This document shows positions 35,330-44,347 of a stretch of 47,060 nucleotides of DNA, one piece after another. Source of the DNA: an uncultured Thermotogaceae bacterium (GTDB taxonomy: Bacteria; Bipolaricaulota; Bipolaricaulia; Bipolaricaulales; Bipolaricaulaceae); assembly GCA_964597525.1 (NCBI GenBank), contig CAZQXP010000001.1, positions 1-47,060 on the forward strand, given 5' to 3'. Made by a program: the position numbers and the translations under genes. Under the pieces are notes generated by a model. It was given only the letters and a program-made list of their open reading frames with translations. It had not been told where the DNA came from and did no database searches. Within the stretch, counting starts at the first letter, position 1, and each line of letters begins with the position of its first letter.

Positions 35330-36409
35330 TCACGAACTTCGGCGATCCAGTCCGGTGAGGATCGGGCGAAGCTCGTACCTTCGGGAACCCAGGCCGATGC
35401 GCTCCGCATGGGCAAGCTGTTCTTCCCAGGAGGCCCGGGGATGAGCGCGAAGGAACGGATCGTGCCCCACCGCTTTCAGCACCAAGTCCATCGCGGCCTG
35501 GTCTATGGCCACAGGATCCGTGCTCGCGAGGATCCCGAGATCCGGGGCTACCGGCGGTCGGTTCATGCCCCAACAATCGCAATCCGGAGAAACCTGCTGG
35601 ATGAAAGACACGAACAAAGCCGGGCGCCCGTTCAGCGCGGCTTTCGCGTACTCTGCAATTTTCTTGGCCAAGACATCCACGGAGGCCTCATCCCCAGGGA
35701 TCATGGCCCCGAAGGTGCACATGGCCACGCATTGTCCGCAGCCCAAACATCGCTCGTAATCGATCTGGGCATTTTCAACGATGGTGATCGCTCCTGCGGG
35801 GCAGAATTGGGCGCAAACCCCGCAGGCCGTACATTTTTCCGGAAGGTTTTTCGGCTTAGAGGTGGAGTGCTGCTGGAGTTTTCCCGCGCGGGAAGCCGCG
35901 CCCATTCCCAAGTTTTTCAGGGCCCCACCAAAACCCACCTGCTCGTGCCCCTTGAAATGGGTCATCACCAAAAGGGCATCGGCGAGGGCCACGGCGGCTC
36001 CGATTTTTGCGCGCTTCACATAAACGCCATCCACAGGGATTTCCACCTCATCCGCGCCGCGGAGGCCATCGGCAATGATCACCGGTGCTCCCACGACTTC
36101 GAGCACAAAACCGTTTTGGTACGCGGTAAGAAGGTGATCCACGGCGTTGGAGCGGGTCCCGGTGTAGAGGGTATTGGCATCGGTGAGGAACGGTTTTGCC
36201 CCCAGTTTCTGGAGTTCCTCCACGGCCACCCGGACGTAATTGGGGCGGAGATACGCGAGGTTTCCAAGCTCGCCGAAGTGCACTTTGATGGCCACCAATT
36301 GCCCAGCCCGAAAGATCTTGGGAAGCCCGGCCTCAAGAAGGAGCCGAAGTTTCTCAAGCACGTTCATTTTCGGAGAGGCAGAAAAATCCGTAAACCAGAC
36401 GGTGCTCAT
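35330..36409 (-). CDS. DUF362 domain protein with inserted 2x[4Fe-4S] ferredoxin module
   Basis: VAIKVHFGE...FLTDANTLY DUF362 core. CTACGVCAQFCP and CLGCGQCVAMC cluster motifs. Confidence 0.7.
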   Translation of the reverse strand: MSTVWFTDFSASPKMNVLEKLRLLLEAGLPKIFRAGQLVAIKVHFGELGNLAYLRPNYVRVAVEELQKLGAKPFLTDANTLYTGTRSNAVDHLLTAYQNGFVLEVVGAPVIIADGLRGADEVEIPVDGVYVKRAKIGAAVALADALLVMTHFKGHEQVGFGGALKNLGMGAASRAGKLQQHSTSKPKNLPEKCTACGVCAQFCPAGAITIVENAQIDYERCLGCGQCVAMCTFGAMIPGDEASVDVLAKKIAEYAKAALNGRPALFVSFIQQVSPDCDCWGMNRPPVAPDLGILASTDPVAIDQAAMDLVLKAVGHDPFLRAHPRASWEEQLAHAERIGLGSRRYELRPILTGLDRRSS

Positions 36410-36469
36410 GGTGGCCGAATTATACGGGCCTTTGCGGAAAAGGGTGGAATGCCAGTAAACTCGGCGGCC

Positions 36470-37474
36470 ATGACTCTAGCGGAATTAGTCCGGGCCGCGG
36501 AGGAGATTTGGGCTCATTGGGAAAAAGTTTCCGGAGATTTGGGAAGCCTTGAGGAGCTCGAGGCCGTGCGGGTGCATATCCTCGGCCGTAAGGGAAACCT
36601 CACCCAGCTTTTTTCGGCCCTGCGCGAGCTTCCGCCCGAGGAGAAGGCCGAAGCGGGAAAAATCCTAAACGCCCTGAAAGCGCGCATCGAAAAGGCGCTC
36701 GAGGAGAAAAAGGAGGCTTTGGCGGAGGCGGAGCGGAGGGCGAAGCTTGCCAAGGAGCGCTACGACCTTTCCCTTCCCGGAAAGTGGCGGCCGTTGGGGA
36801 GGCTCCATCCTCTCACCCAAGTGCGGCGGGAGATTGAGGAAATTTTCATGCGTTTAGGATTCGATGTGGCAAGCGGTCCGGAAATCGAGACGGAATACTA
36901 CAACTTTGAGGCCCTCAACATCGGGCCGGATCATCCCGCCCGCGATGAGTGGGATTCTTTTTACCTTGGCGAGGGCATTCTTCTTCGCACCCACACATCT
37001 CCTGTGCAGATCCGGGTTATGAAGGAGCGAAAGCCTCCCGTGCGCATCATTTGCCCAGGAAGGTGCTTCCGCCGCGATAACCCCGATGCCACCCATTCCC
37101 CTGTTTTCCACCAGGTGGAGCTCCTCTGGGTGGAAAAGGGGCTCACGTTTGCCCACCTCAAATGGGTGATTGGGGAATTCGTGCGTGAGTTCTTCGGCCC
37201 AGGATACGAGATGCGCTTTTCCGCGGACTACTTCCCGTTCACCGAGCCCTCGGCCCAGGTGCACATTCGCAAGAAAGGCACGGGAAAGTGGCTAGAGATC
37301 ATGGGCGCTGGGATGGTGCACCCCCGGGTGCTTGAGGAAGTGGGGTACGATCCGGAAGAGGTTACAGGATTTGCCTTCGGACTAGGGATTGAGCGCATGG
37401 CTATGTTGCGCTGGGGGATTGAGGATATCCGCCTCTTTTGGACGAACGATTTGCGTTTTCTTTCCCAGTTTTAG
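36470..37474 (+). CDS. pheS: Phenylalanine--tRNA ligase alpha subunit
   Basis: Start at MTLAELVRAAEE. HPLTQV, GPDHPARDEWDSFY, FRRD, FPFTEPSAQV and GFAFGLGIERMAML class II motifs. Confidence 0.95.
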   Translation: MTLAELVRAAEEIWAHWEKVSGDLGSLEELEAVRVHILGRKGNLTQLFSALRELPPEEKAEAGKILNALKARIEKALEEKKEALAEAERRAKLAKERYDLSLPGKWRPLGRLHPLTQVRREIEEIFMRLGFDVASGPEIETEYYNFEALNIGPDHPARDEWDSFYLGEGILLRTHTSPVQIRVMKERKPPVRIICPGRCFRRDNPDATHSPVFHQVELLWVEKGLTFAHLKWVIGEFVREFFGPGYEMRFSADYFPFTEPSAQVHIRKKGTGKWLEIMGAGMVHPRVLEEVGYDPEEVTGFAFGLGIERMAMLRWGIEDIRLFWTNDLRFLSQF

Positions 37475-38595
37475 CTCGGCACTTTCTCCCAGCGCTGGCT
37501 TCTTCCGGAAGCAGCTACCGCCTCCAATACGGCCTGGGCTTTGACCCCATCGAGAAAATCGGGCGTTGGATTCCGGCCTTCGCCCAGGGCCTCGCAGAAC
37601 TCCAAAACGGCGTGGACAAAGGTGTGTTCGTAGCCGAGGATGTGGCCCGTGGGCCACCAGTTTTGCGCGTAAGGATGAACTTCCTCCGTGACCATGATTT
37701 TTCGGAAGCCTCGAATGGCGGGAGGATCGTCGAGGGAATAGAGCCAAAGCCAGTTTGGGTCCTCTGCATTCCAGAAAATGCTTCCCCGGGAGCCGTTGAT
37801 CTCGATGTGCATGAAATTTTTGCGGCCAAGGGCTACACGGCTCGTCTCGAATACTCCTGTAGCTCCGGATTGGAAACGGGCCAAAAAGGCGGCAGTATCG
37901 TCCACCGTAACCTTTCCCATTCCCGAGCCGTCGGGCAAGGGGCGCTCGGGGATGAAGGTAGTAAGCATTCCCGTGACCTCGGCGATTTCGCCTACAAGGA
38001 AGCGCGCGAGGTCCACGATGTGTACGGCGGTATCCCCTAGGGCGCCGGACCCGGCCCTCTCCTTTTGGAACCGCCAGGTGAGGGGAAGACCTGGGGCTAA
38101 ACCCCAGTCCTGAAGGTAAAGGGCGTGGAATTGGCGGATCTCACCCAAAGCTCCCTCGGAAATGAGTTTTTTCGCAAGTTGAATAGCGGGAAAGAAGCGG
38201 TAGTTGAAGCAGATCATGTGGGGAACCCCAGCCTCCGCCACGGCCTTGAGCATGGCTTTCGCTTCCTCGAGATTCCTCGCCAAGGGTTTTTCGCAAAATA
38301 CAGCTTTTCCGTGTTTGGCTGCGGCCTCGGCTAAAGGGAAATGCAAATCGTGGGGAGCACAGATGTCCACAAGATCCACGTCCTCAGCGGCAACCGCTTC
38401 TTCCCAATTCGTCGTGTACCTTGCGAAACCGAAGCGGAAAGCAAAATCCCTTGTGGTTTTGGGTTCCGTTCCACAGGCCATGGTGAGCTTGGGCAAAACC
38501 TCCGGGGCGAAAAAGGCCCGGACTTGGCGATACGCGTTCGCATGGGCTTTGCCCATGAACTTTGTGCCAATTAGAGCTACCCCGATTTCCCGCAT
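37471..38595 (-). CDS. Gfo/Idh/MocA family NAD(P)-dependent oxidoreductase
   Basis: IGVALIGTKFMGKAHANAY Rossmann N-terminus, and EKPLA in VFCEKPLARNLEEA. An alternative TTG start at 38610 overlaps the fabF stop. Confidence 0.8.
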   Translation of the reverse strand: MREIGVALIGTKFMGKAHANAYRQVRAFFAPEVLPKLTMACGTEPKTTRDFAFRFGFARYTTNWEEAVAAEDVDLVDICAPHDLHFPLAEAAAKHGKAVFCEKPLARNLEEAKAMLKAVAEAGVPHMICFNYRFFPAIQLAKKLISEGALGEIRQFHALYLQDWGLAPGLPLTWRFQKERAGSGALGDTAVHIVDLARFLVGEIAEVTGMLTTFIPERPLPDGSGMGKVTVDDTAAFLARFQSGATGVFETSRVALGRKNFMHIEINGSRGSIFWNAEDPNWLWLYSLDDPPAIRGFRKIMVTEEVHPYAQNWWPTGHILGYEHTFVHAVLEFCEALGEGRNPTPDFLDGVKAQAVLEAVAASGRSQRWEKVPS

Positions 38596-38606
38596 TGCCT
38601 CCCCTC

Positions 38607-39827
38607 TCAAACCGCGCGGAGAAGAAGCGCGGCATTTTGGCCGCCAAAACCGAAGGAATTCTTCAGGGCCACCTTGACTTTTCCAGGCCGCGGCGCCTCT
38701 GGCACATAGTCCAGATCACACTCCGGATCGCGGTTCCGCCAAGTGACGGTGGCGGGAATAAGGCCTTCGGAGAAGGCGAAGAGGATAGCGCCGATTTCCG
38801 CGGCCCCGGCGGCGCCCAAGAGGTGGCCGATCTGGGATTTCGTGGAGCTCACCGGGATTTCTTTGGCCCGCGGCCCAAAAAGCCTCTTGATGGCCAGGGT
38901 TTCTATTTTGTCGTTGAGCGGCGTGGAAGTACCGTGGGCATTGATGTAGTCCACATCGTCCGGGGAAAGTCCAGCTTCAAGAAGCGCAGCGGCCATGGCC
39001 CGGAACGCCCCTTCCCCATCCTCGGCCGGAGCCGTGATATGGAACGCATCGGAACTTTGCCCAAAACCAATGATTTCTGCCAGGGCTTCTCCTCCGCGGG
39101 AAAGGAGGTGCTTTTCGCTTTCCAAAAGGAGGATGGCCGCGCCCTCTCCCAACACAAACCCATCCCGCTCCCGATCGAAGGGGCGAGAAGCGCTTTGAGG
39201 ATCGGGGTTACGCGAAAGCGCCCCCATGCGATCAAACGCGGCAAGCACAATGGGGAGGATCACGGCCTCCGCCCCGCCGGCCAAAGCCCACTCCACTTGG
39301 CCCTGGCGGATCATCTCGTAGGCAAGCCCAATCGCATGGGTGCTCGCTGCGCAGGCGGTGACCACCCCAAAGCTCGGGCCTTTGATCCCAAACTCGATGG
39401 AAATTTCCGCAGCCGGAGCGTTGGGCATCATGAGGGGGATCAAGAACGGAGAAACCCTCTCCGGCCCGCGGTTCAAAAACGAAGCATGGTTTTCCAAAAG
39501 GATCTCTAGGGCGCCAATCCCCGTCCCCACCACCACCGCTCCGCCGCCGTCCGGAGAAAATTTCGCTTCTTCTTGGGCGAGTTTTGCGGCCACAATGGCC
39601 ATTTGGGATGTGCGGCCCAGGCGCTTGGCGCGCTTTGGGGGAAGGAAAGCCAAGGGATCGAAACCATCGCAGGGTGCGGCCACTTTCGCTTCGATTCCGG
39701 TGAGGTCGAGGTCGCGATCCACGCGGCGGATGGCCACCCGGCTTTCCCGCAACCCTTGAAAAAACGCATCTTTTCCAATTCCCAGCGGGCTCACTATCCC
39801 AAAACCGCTCACGAAAACCCTAGCCAT
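38607..39827 (-). CDS. fabF: Beta-ketoacyl-ACP synthase II
   Basis: 406 aa. Active-site VVTACAASTHAIG, HGTSTPLND and GHLLGAAG (Cys-His-His triad context). Confidence 0.9.
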   Translation of the reverse strand: MARVFVSGFGIVSPLGIGKDAFFQGLRESRVAIRRVDRDLDLTGIEAKVAAPCDGFDPLAFLPPKRAKRLGRTSQMAIVAAKLAQEEAKFSPDGGGAVVVGTGIGALEILLENHASFLNRGPERVSPFLIPLMMPNAPAAEISIEFGIKGPSFGVVTACAASTHAIGLAYEMIRQGQVEWALAGGAEAVILPIVLAAFDRMGALSRNPDPQSASRPFDRERDGFVLGEGAAILLLESEKHLLSRGGEALAEIIGFGQSSDAFHITAPAEDGEGAFRAMAAALLEAGLSPDDVDYINAHGTSTPLNDKIETLAIKRLFGPRAKEIPVSSTKSQIGHLLGAAGAAEIGAILFAFSEGLIPATVTWRNRDPECDLDYVPEAPRPGKVKVALKNSFGFGGQNAALLLRAV

Positions 39828-40068
39828 GATGGATCTCTTCAGCCACCAGCGTTAACCGGTTGTCCAGAACCTGGAGTACGCCCCTGCGCACCAAGAAAGT
39901 TTTTTCCTCGCCGGGGAGCTGAACCCGAAGCGGGCTTTCGGAAAGGAAAAACACCGCCGGTGCGTGCTTAGGAAGAATCCCGAACCATCCCACCGGGCTT
40001 TTCGCGTAGACCGCGAGCACTTCCCCGGAGAAGACCAGCTTTTCGCAAGAGATTATGCGAAGCTCCAC
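39820..40068 (-). CDS. F1-ATPase epsilon-subunit-like beta-sandwich protein lacking the C-terminal helical hairpin
   Basis: From the GTG: VELRIISCEKLVFSGEVLAVYAKSPVGWFGILPKHAPAVFFLSESPLRVQL...RRGVLQVLDNRLTLVAEE follows the AtpC N-domain pattern (L-x-I-V-x-P, G-x-x-G-I-L-P-x-H-A-P). Start uncertain; the ORF extends to 40140. Confidence 0.5.
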   Translation of the reverse strand: MELRIISCEKLVFSGEVLAVYAKSPVGWFGILPKHAPAVFFLSESPLRVQLPGEEKTFLVRRGVLQVLDNRLTLVAEEIHHG

Positions 40069-40093
40069 GGCGGGAAATATAGCTTTTGGGAGG

Positions 40094-40789
40094 TCAGCGG
40101 GCCACCTGAAAAGCTCGAAAGCTCTCGACGAGGGAGTCAATGGTTTGAAAGTCTTCAGGCGGGATTTTTAGGCGCAGAAGGCCGGAAAGGGGAAGGCGGA
40201 GGAGGGCATCCATAGTGTGCCAAATGCGGGGCGGGACCTCTTCTCCTTCCCCGCCGCAGGCGCGGCAAAGGAGGCCTCCCCGCTCCGCTGACCACGTCAA
40301 ATCCTCCGTTCTCCCGCAGGAAAGGCAGCCGCTTAGGATCGGCCGGTACCCCAAAAGGGAAAGGAAACGCAGGCGATAGGCGCGCAGAAGTACCGCAGGA
40401 TTTCCTCCGCCCTCGAGAGCCAAAAGGAAGCTTAGGGTGAGACGAAAAGGCCGGGGATCCGGGTTCTCCTGGGGCACCAGCTCTAGCGCCCAACGGGCAA
40501 GGGAAAGCCCAGCCTCGAGGCGCTCCAAATCCTTGCGCATCCCCAAGAAGCTTTGGATCAGGGAAGCTTCCCGCAAAAGGTGCAATCCGGAACGGCGCCG
40601 GTAGTACACCACCTCCACGAGGTTCAAAAGGTCTAACACGGCTCCGCTTGTCCTCTCCATCCTCCGGGCACCCTTGGCCAAGATCTCCAGCCTTCCGCGC
40701 TTTTCCGAAAGGAGGGACACCAAACGGTCGGTTTCCGCGAAATCTTGGGTACGCAGGACGATCCCGCGATCGCGGAGGAGTTCGGCCAA
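40094..40789 (-). CDS. recO: DNA repair protein RecO
   Basis: OB-fold N-terminus GIVLRTQDFAETDRLVSLLS, and the zinc motif CLSCGR...CRACG. Confidence 0.85.
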   Translation of the reverse strand: MAELLRDRGIVLRTQDFAETDRLVSLLSEKRGRLEILAKGARRMERTSGAVLDLLNLVEVVYYRRRSGLHLLREASLIQSFLGMRKDLERLEAGLSLARWALELVPQENPDPRPFRLTLSFLLALEGGGNPAVLLRAYRLRFLSLLGYRPILSGCLSCGRTEDLTWSAERGGLLCRACGGEGEEVPPRIWHTMDALLRLPLSGLLRLKIPPEDFQTIDSLVESFRAFQVAR

Positions 40790-40791
40790 GG

Positions 40792-41463
40792 CTAATCCGG
40801 CGCGCCCGCGAGGATCTCAAGGGACCGGGAGGCGCCGATGCGGTTGGCGCCGGCTTCCACCATGCGCACCGCGGTGGCGTAATCGCGGATCCCTCCGGCT
40901 GCTTTCACCCCCATGGTGGGTCCTACGGTTTTCCGAAGGAGGGCCACATCCTCAGGGGTGGCCCCTCCCGGGCCGAATCCCGTGGAGGTTTTCACAAAGT
41001 CCGCGCCCGCGGCTTTGGCCAGAATGGCGCCCGCCATTTTTTCCTCATCCGTAAGAAGCGCGCACTCCAAGATCACCTTGAGGACAATGGGCCGGGCCGC
41101 TTTGGCCGTGGCCTCCCGCACCGCCCGGATTTCCGAAAAAACGTAGGCATAATCCCCGCTTTTCAGGGCCGGAACATGGATCACCATGTCCACCTCGTCC
41201 GCCCCTTCCTCCACAGCGAGCCGGGCCTCCAAGGCCTTCACCTCGGGCTTGTGTTGGCCATGGGGGAAGCCCACCACGGTGCACACTTTGACGCCGCTAT
41301 CGCGGAGGATCTGCCGGGCCAAGGAAACAAAAGTTGAGGGAATGCACACGGCATAGAACTTGTTTTGGATCGCCTCTTGGCAGAGTTTCTCCACCCTCCC
41401 TTTGTCCACATCTGGGCCAAGGGCGGTATGGTCGATGATCCGCGCGAGCTCAATTCTCCGCAT
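40792..41463 (-). CDS. deoC: Deoxyribose-phosphate aldolase
   Basis: IDHTAL, TVVGFPHG, DEVDMVI, FVKTSTGF (Schiff-base Lys), VKAAGGIR. Confidence 0.9.
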   Translation of the reverse strand: MRRIELARIIDHTALGPDVDKGRVEKLCQEAIQNKFYAVCIPSTFVSLARQILRDSGVKVCTVVGFPHGQHKPEVKALEARLAVEEGADEVDMVIHVPALKSGDYAYVFSEIRAVREATAKAARPIVLKVILECALLTDEEKMAGAILAKAAGADFVKTSTGFGPGGATPEDVALLRKTVGPTMGVKAAGGIRDYATAVRMVEAGANRIGASRSLEILAGAPD

Positions 41464-41472
41464 TGTTCCTCC

Positions 41473-42585
41473 TCAGAGCTTCCAGGTGCGGCTCCAGGTG
41501 CAGGAGCGCAGGAGTCGGTCCCAGTTAATCTCCACTCCCAAACCCGGTCGTTTCGGAACGGGAATGAACCCATGGTGGAGCTCAAAGGGCGGGTCAGCAA
41601 TATCCTCGCGGAAATAGCGTTTTGTCGCGGAAATATCGTTGGGAAGGGTAAAGCCAGGGAGAGTCGCGAGATGAACATTCAGCGCTCGGCCAATTCCCGT
41701 TTCCAACATTCCGCCGCACCAAAGGGGAATCCTTTTGGCCATGGCCATCTCGTGGATTTTGAGGGTCTCCGTAATTCCGCCCACGCGGCCCTGCTTCACA
41801 TTGATGATGCGGCAAGCGGAAAGCTCCAGGGCTTCCCAAGCGCGATGGGCCGAATCGATGGATTCATCGAGGCAAATGGGGGTGGAAAGCATCTGGCCCA
41901 GCCGGGCGTGCTCCAAAAGGTCATCAAAACCGAGGGGTTGCTCGAGCATGAGGAGGTTCAGGCGATCCAATTCCCGCAAAGTTTCCCAATCCTCGGATTT
42001 GTAAGCTGCGTTGGCATCGACAGAGAGAAGCACATCCGGGAATTTTTCGCGTACCGCCCGCACTGGCTCCAAATCCCATCCGGGCTTGATTTTGAGCTTG
42101 ATCCTTTGGTAGCCCTCGGCGAGGAACTGCTCCACCGTGGAAAGGAGGGTCGGGATATCCGGCTGGATTCCTACGCTTACTCCCGCGGGAACCTCTTCTT
42201 TGGTTCCCCCGAGCACCTGGTACAGCGGTTTTTTCTGGGCACGGGCGAAGATATCCCAAACGGCCGCCTCCACCGCGGCTTTGGCCATGGGATGCCCCCG
42301 GATCACGGAAAAAAGCCGAGGAAGCTCGCTTGGATGCGCTACCGTTTTATGGCTTGCCAAAAGTGGCCGGATATGTTCGGAGATAACATAGCGCGCGGTT
42401 TCCACGGTTTCCGGGGAGTACCAGGGCCCGGAGCCGGCCACGCATTCGCCCCAGCCCATGATCCCATCGGCGGTGAGGGAAACCAAGAGGGCTTGTTTGG
42501 TCCGCTCCTCCCCAAAACTCGTGACAAACGGGGAAACTAAGGGGAGCTCCACCAAGAACAAAGACATCCGCTCCAGTTTGATCAT
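41473..42585 (-). CDS. Enolase-superfamily o-succinylbenzoate synthase / N-acylamino-acid racemase
   Basis: Start at MIKLERM. KLKIKPG (KxK), SVDANAAY, LEQPL, LDES and WCGGMLE motifs. Confidence 0.8.
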   Translation of the reverse strand: MIKLERMSLFLVELPLVSPFVTSFGEERTKQALLVSLTADGIMGWGECVAGSGPWYSPETVETARYVISEHIRPLLASHKTVAHPSELPRLFSVIRGHPMAKAAVEAAVWDIFARAQKKPLYQVLGGTKEEVPAGVSVGIQPDIPTLLSTVEQFLAEGYQRIKLKIKPGWDLEPVRAVREKFPDVLLSVDANAAYKSEDWETLRELDRLNLLMLEQPLGFDDLLEHARLGQMLSTPICLDESIDSAHRAWEALELSACRIINVKQGRVGGITETLKIHEMAMAKRIPLWCGGMLETGIGRALNVHLATLPGFTLPNDISATKRYFREDIADPPFELHHGFIPVPKRPGLGVEINWDRLLRSCTWSRTWKL

Positions 42586-43439
42586 GGCCGGCTCAACACC
42601 TCCATAAGCTCCGCGCGCTCCAAAACCAAAAAGCTCCGCTCGCCCTCGCGGAAGAGTCCTGTGACCAAATAGCCTTCTTCCAAATAGGGAGAGAGGAATT
42701 TTCGGCATTCCGTACGCCAAGCTTTGGCCACTTCCAGGTTTTCCCGCTTCAATGCCTGAAGATCGTGGGGGATCTCAAAGAGAAGAAACGGAGCCTGAAG
42801 CCCAAGCCTTCCGCCCGCGGGCGCTCTCCCTCCGGAAAGAAGCCGTTGCGTGCGATTGATTACCTCCGCTTGGGAAAGGTGAAACTGAGGAGGCCGTTCC
42901 TCGCGGACCCTCGTTTCCACGCGTACGGAGGAAAGATACCACTCGCATAAAAACCGGTCTCCGGGAAGGCCGCGGTTTCGCTCATCCCGCATTTCCTCCC
43001 CAAAATAATTGGGAATGTAGCGGCGCACGATCCCCCCGAGCTTATTCAGGTTGAAATGGGCATTGCGGGACTCGAGAGGGTCAAAGGTCCAGGTGATGAG
43101 GCCAATCCCCTGGCGAAGAACGTGCTCGCGCTGAGCGAGTTTTAGTTTTTGGCCGATGCCTTTGTCTTGAAAGCCCGGCTTCACCGCGGTCATGAGGGAG
43201 TGGTGGCGGAGGGTGTTTCCCTCCCAGAGGCCGGGGACGGAGAGGGAAAAGCCGAGCATTTCCCGGCCGGGCCCAATCCCATCGAACGCGCCCAGAAGGA
43301 GCCCGCCGGCTTGGACGAGCATGTGGAGGAGATGGTCAGGGACAACAGCCAAATCCGGAAATCCCCAGACTTCTTTTTGCAGGCGCTCGCAGGCCCGGTA
43401 CCCGGGAAAATCGGAAACGGGCTCGATCACCACCTCCAT
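42582..43439 (-). CDS. GNAT-fold acyltransferase-like protein (family often paired with OSBS/NSAR genes)
   Basis: 4-nt overlap with the racemase gene. QDKGIGQKLKLAQRE is acetyl-CoA-binding-loop-like. Start at MEVVIEP. Confidence 0.55.
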   Translation of the reverse strand: MEVVIEPVSDFPGYRACERLQKEVWGFPDLAVVPDHLLHMLVQAGGLLLGAFDGIGPGREMLGFSLSVPGLWEGNTLRHHSLMTAVKPGFQDKGIGQKLKLAQREHVLRQGIGLITWTFDPLESRNAHFNLNKLGGIVRRYIPNYFGEEMRDERNRGLPGDRFLCEWYLSSVRVETRVREERPPQFHLSQAEVINRTQRLLSGGRAPAGGRLGLQAPFLLFEIPHDLQALKRENLEVAKAWRTECRKFLSPYLEEGYLVTGLFREGERSFLVLERAELMEVLSRP

Positions 43440-43453
43440 CGGGCCCGAGTATA

Positions 43454-44347
43454 TCAGTCGCCGGTGAGGCGAGCGATCTCCGCCTCGTCCTCCGTCCACT
43501 TCGGCCTCACCCGCACCTGGAGGGAGAGGAAAATTTTCTTTCCCAGCATGGCTTCAAGCTCCAGGCGCGCAAGCCTCCCGATCTCTTTGAGCTTTTGCCC
43601 GCCACTTCCGATCACAATCCCCTTTTGCGAGTCCTTTGCCACATAAATCGTGGCGTAGATCTCGATGAGGGGCTTATCTTCGCGCTCGCGGATTTCCTCC
43701 ACCACCACCGCGGTGGAATAAGGGATTTCCTGGTAGGTGAGGTGGAAAATTTTTTCGCGGATGATCTCGGCCACAATGAACTCCAGGGGGCGATCCGTGG
43801 GAAGGGGGAAATCCGGAGGGAAAAGGGGCTCGCCCTCAGGAAGGTGATGAATGATCACCTGTAGCGCCCGATCCAAATTCGTCCCCTTTTTGGCGGAAAT
43901 CGGGACAAGATCGTTAAAGATCCCTAGGCGATCATAGGCCAGAAGGGTTTCGGGAAGTTCGTTGCCTTTCGCAAGATCGATCTTGTTCACGAGGAGCACT
44001 TTTGGGCAGGGAAGGCTCTGGATGCGGGGAAGCACGGTTTCGTCGTACTCGTCCACTTTTCCTGTGGGCTCCACCATGTACACAAGCTCATCCACGCCCG
44101 CCAGGGCCCGAAAGGCTTCCTTAAGAAGATGGGCGGAGAGCTTGTTCACCGGCTGATGAAGGCCCGGGGTGTCCACGAACACCACCTGGGCGTTTTCCGC
44201 GTTGTAGATGCAACGGATGCGGTTTCGCGTGGTTTGCGGCCGGTCCGATACAATCACGACTTTTCTCCCCATCACAGCGTTGATGAACGAAGATTTTCCC
44301 ACGTTGGTTTTGCCCACCACCGCCACCGTTCCCGCTTTAAAGGCCAT
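43454..44347 (-). CDS. era: GTPase Era
   Basis: G1 GKTNVGKSS, G3 DTPG, G4 NKID, and a C-terminal KH domain. Confidence 0.95.
   Translation of the reverse strand: MAFKAGTVAVVGKTNVGKSSFINAVMGRKVVIVSDRPQTTRNRIRCIYNAENAQVVFVDTPGLHQPVNKLSAHLLKEAFRALAGVDELVYMVEPTGKVDEYDETVLPRIQSLPCPKVLLVNKIDLAKGNELPETLLAYDRLGIFNDLVPISAKKGTNLDRALQVIIHHLPEGEPLFPPDFPLPTDRPLEFIVAEIIREKIFHLTYQEIPYSTAVVVEEIREREDKPLIEIYATIYVAKDSQKGIVIGSGGQKLKEIGRLARLELEAMLGKKIFLSLQVRVRPKWTEDEAEIARLTGD

Noticed and set aside
35408-36469. Long N-terminal extension of the pheS ORF (688 aa in the track)
   Set aside because: The first 354 codons are antisense to the well-supported DUF362/ferredoxin gene and look like nonsense. PheS homology begins at the ATG at 36470.
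36410-36469. T-box or leader-peptide control region upstream of pheS
   Set aside because: Only 60 nt are available. I could not identify a specifier-loop/T-box sequence, a Phe-rich mini-ORF or a terminator/antiterminator pair.
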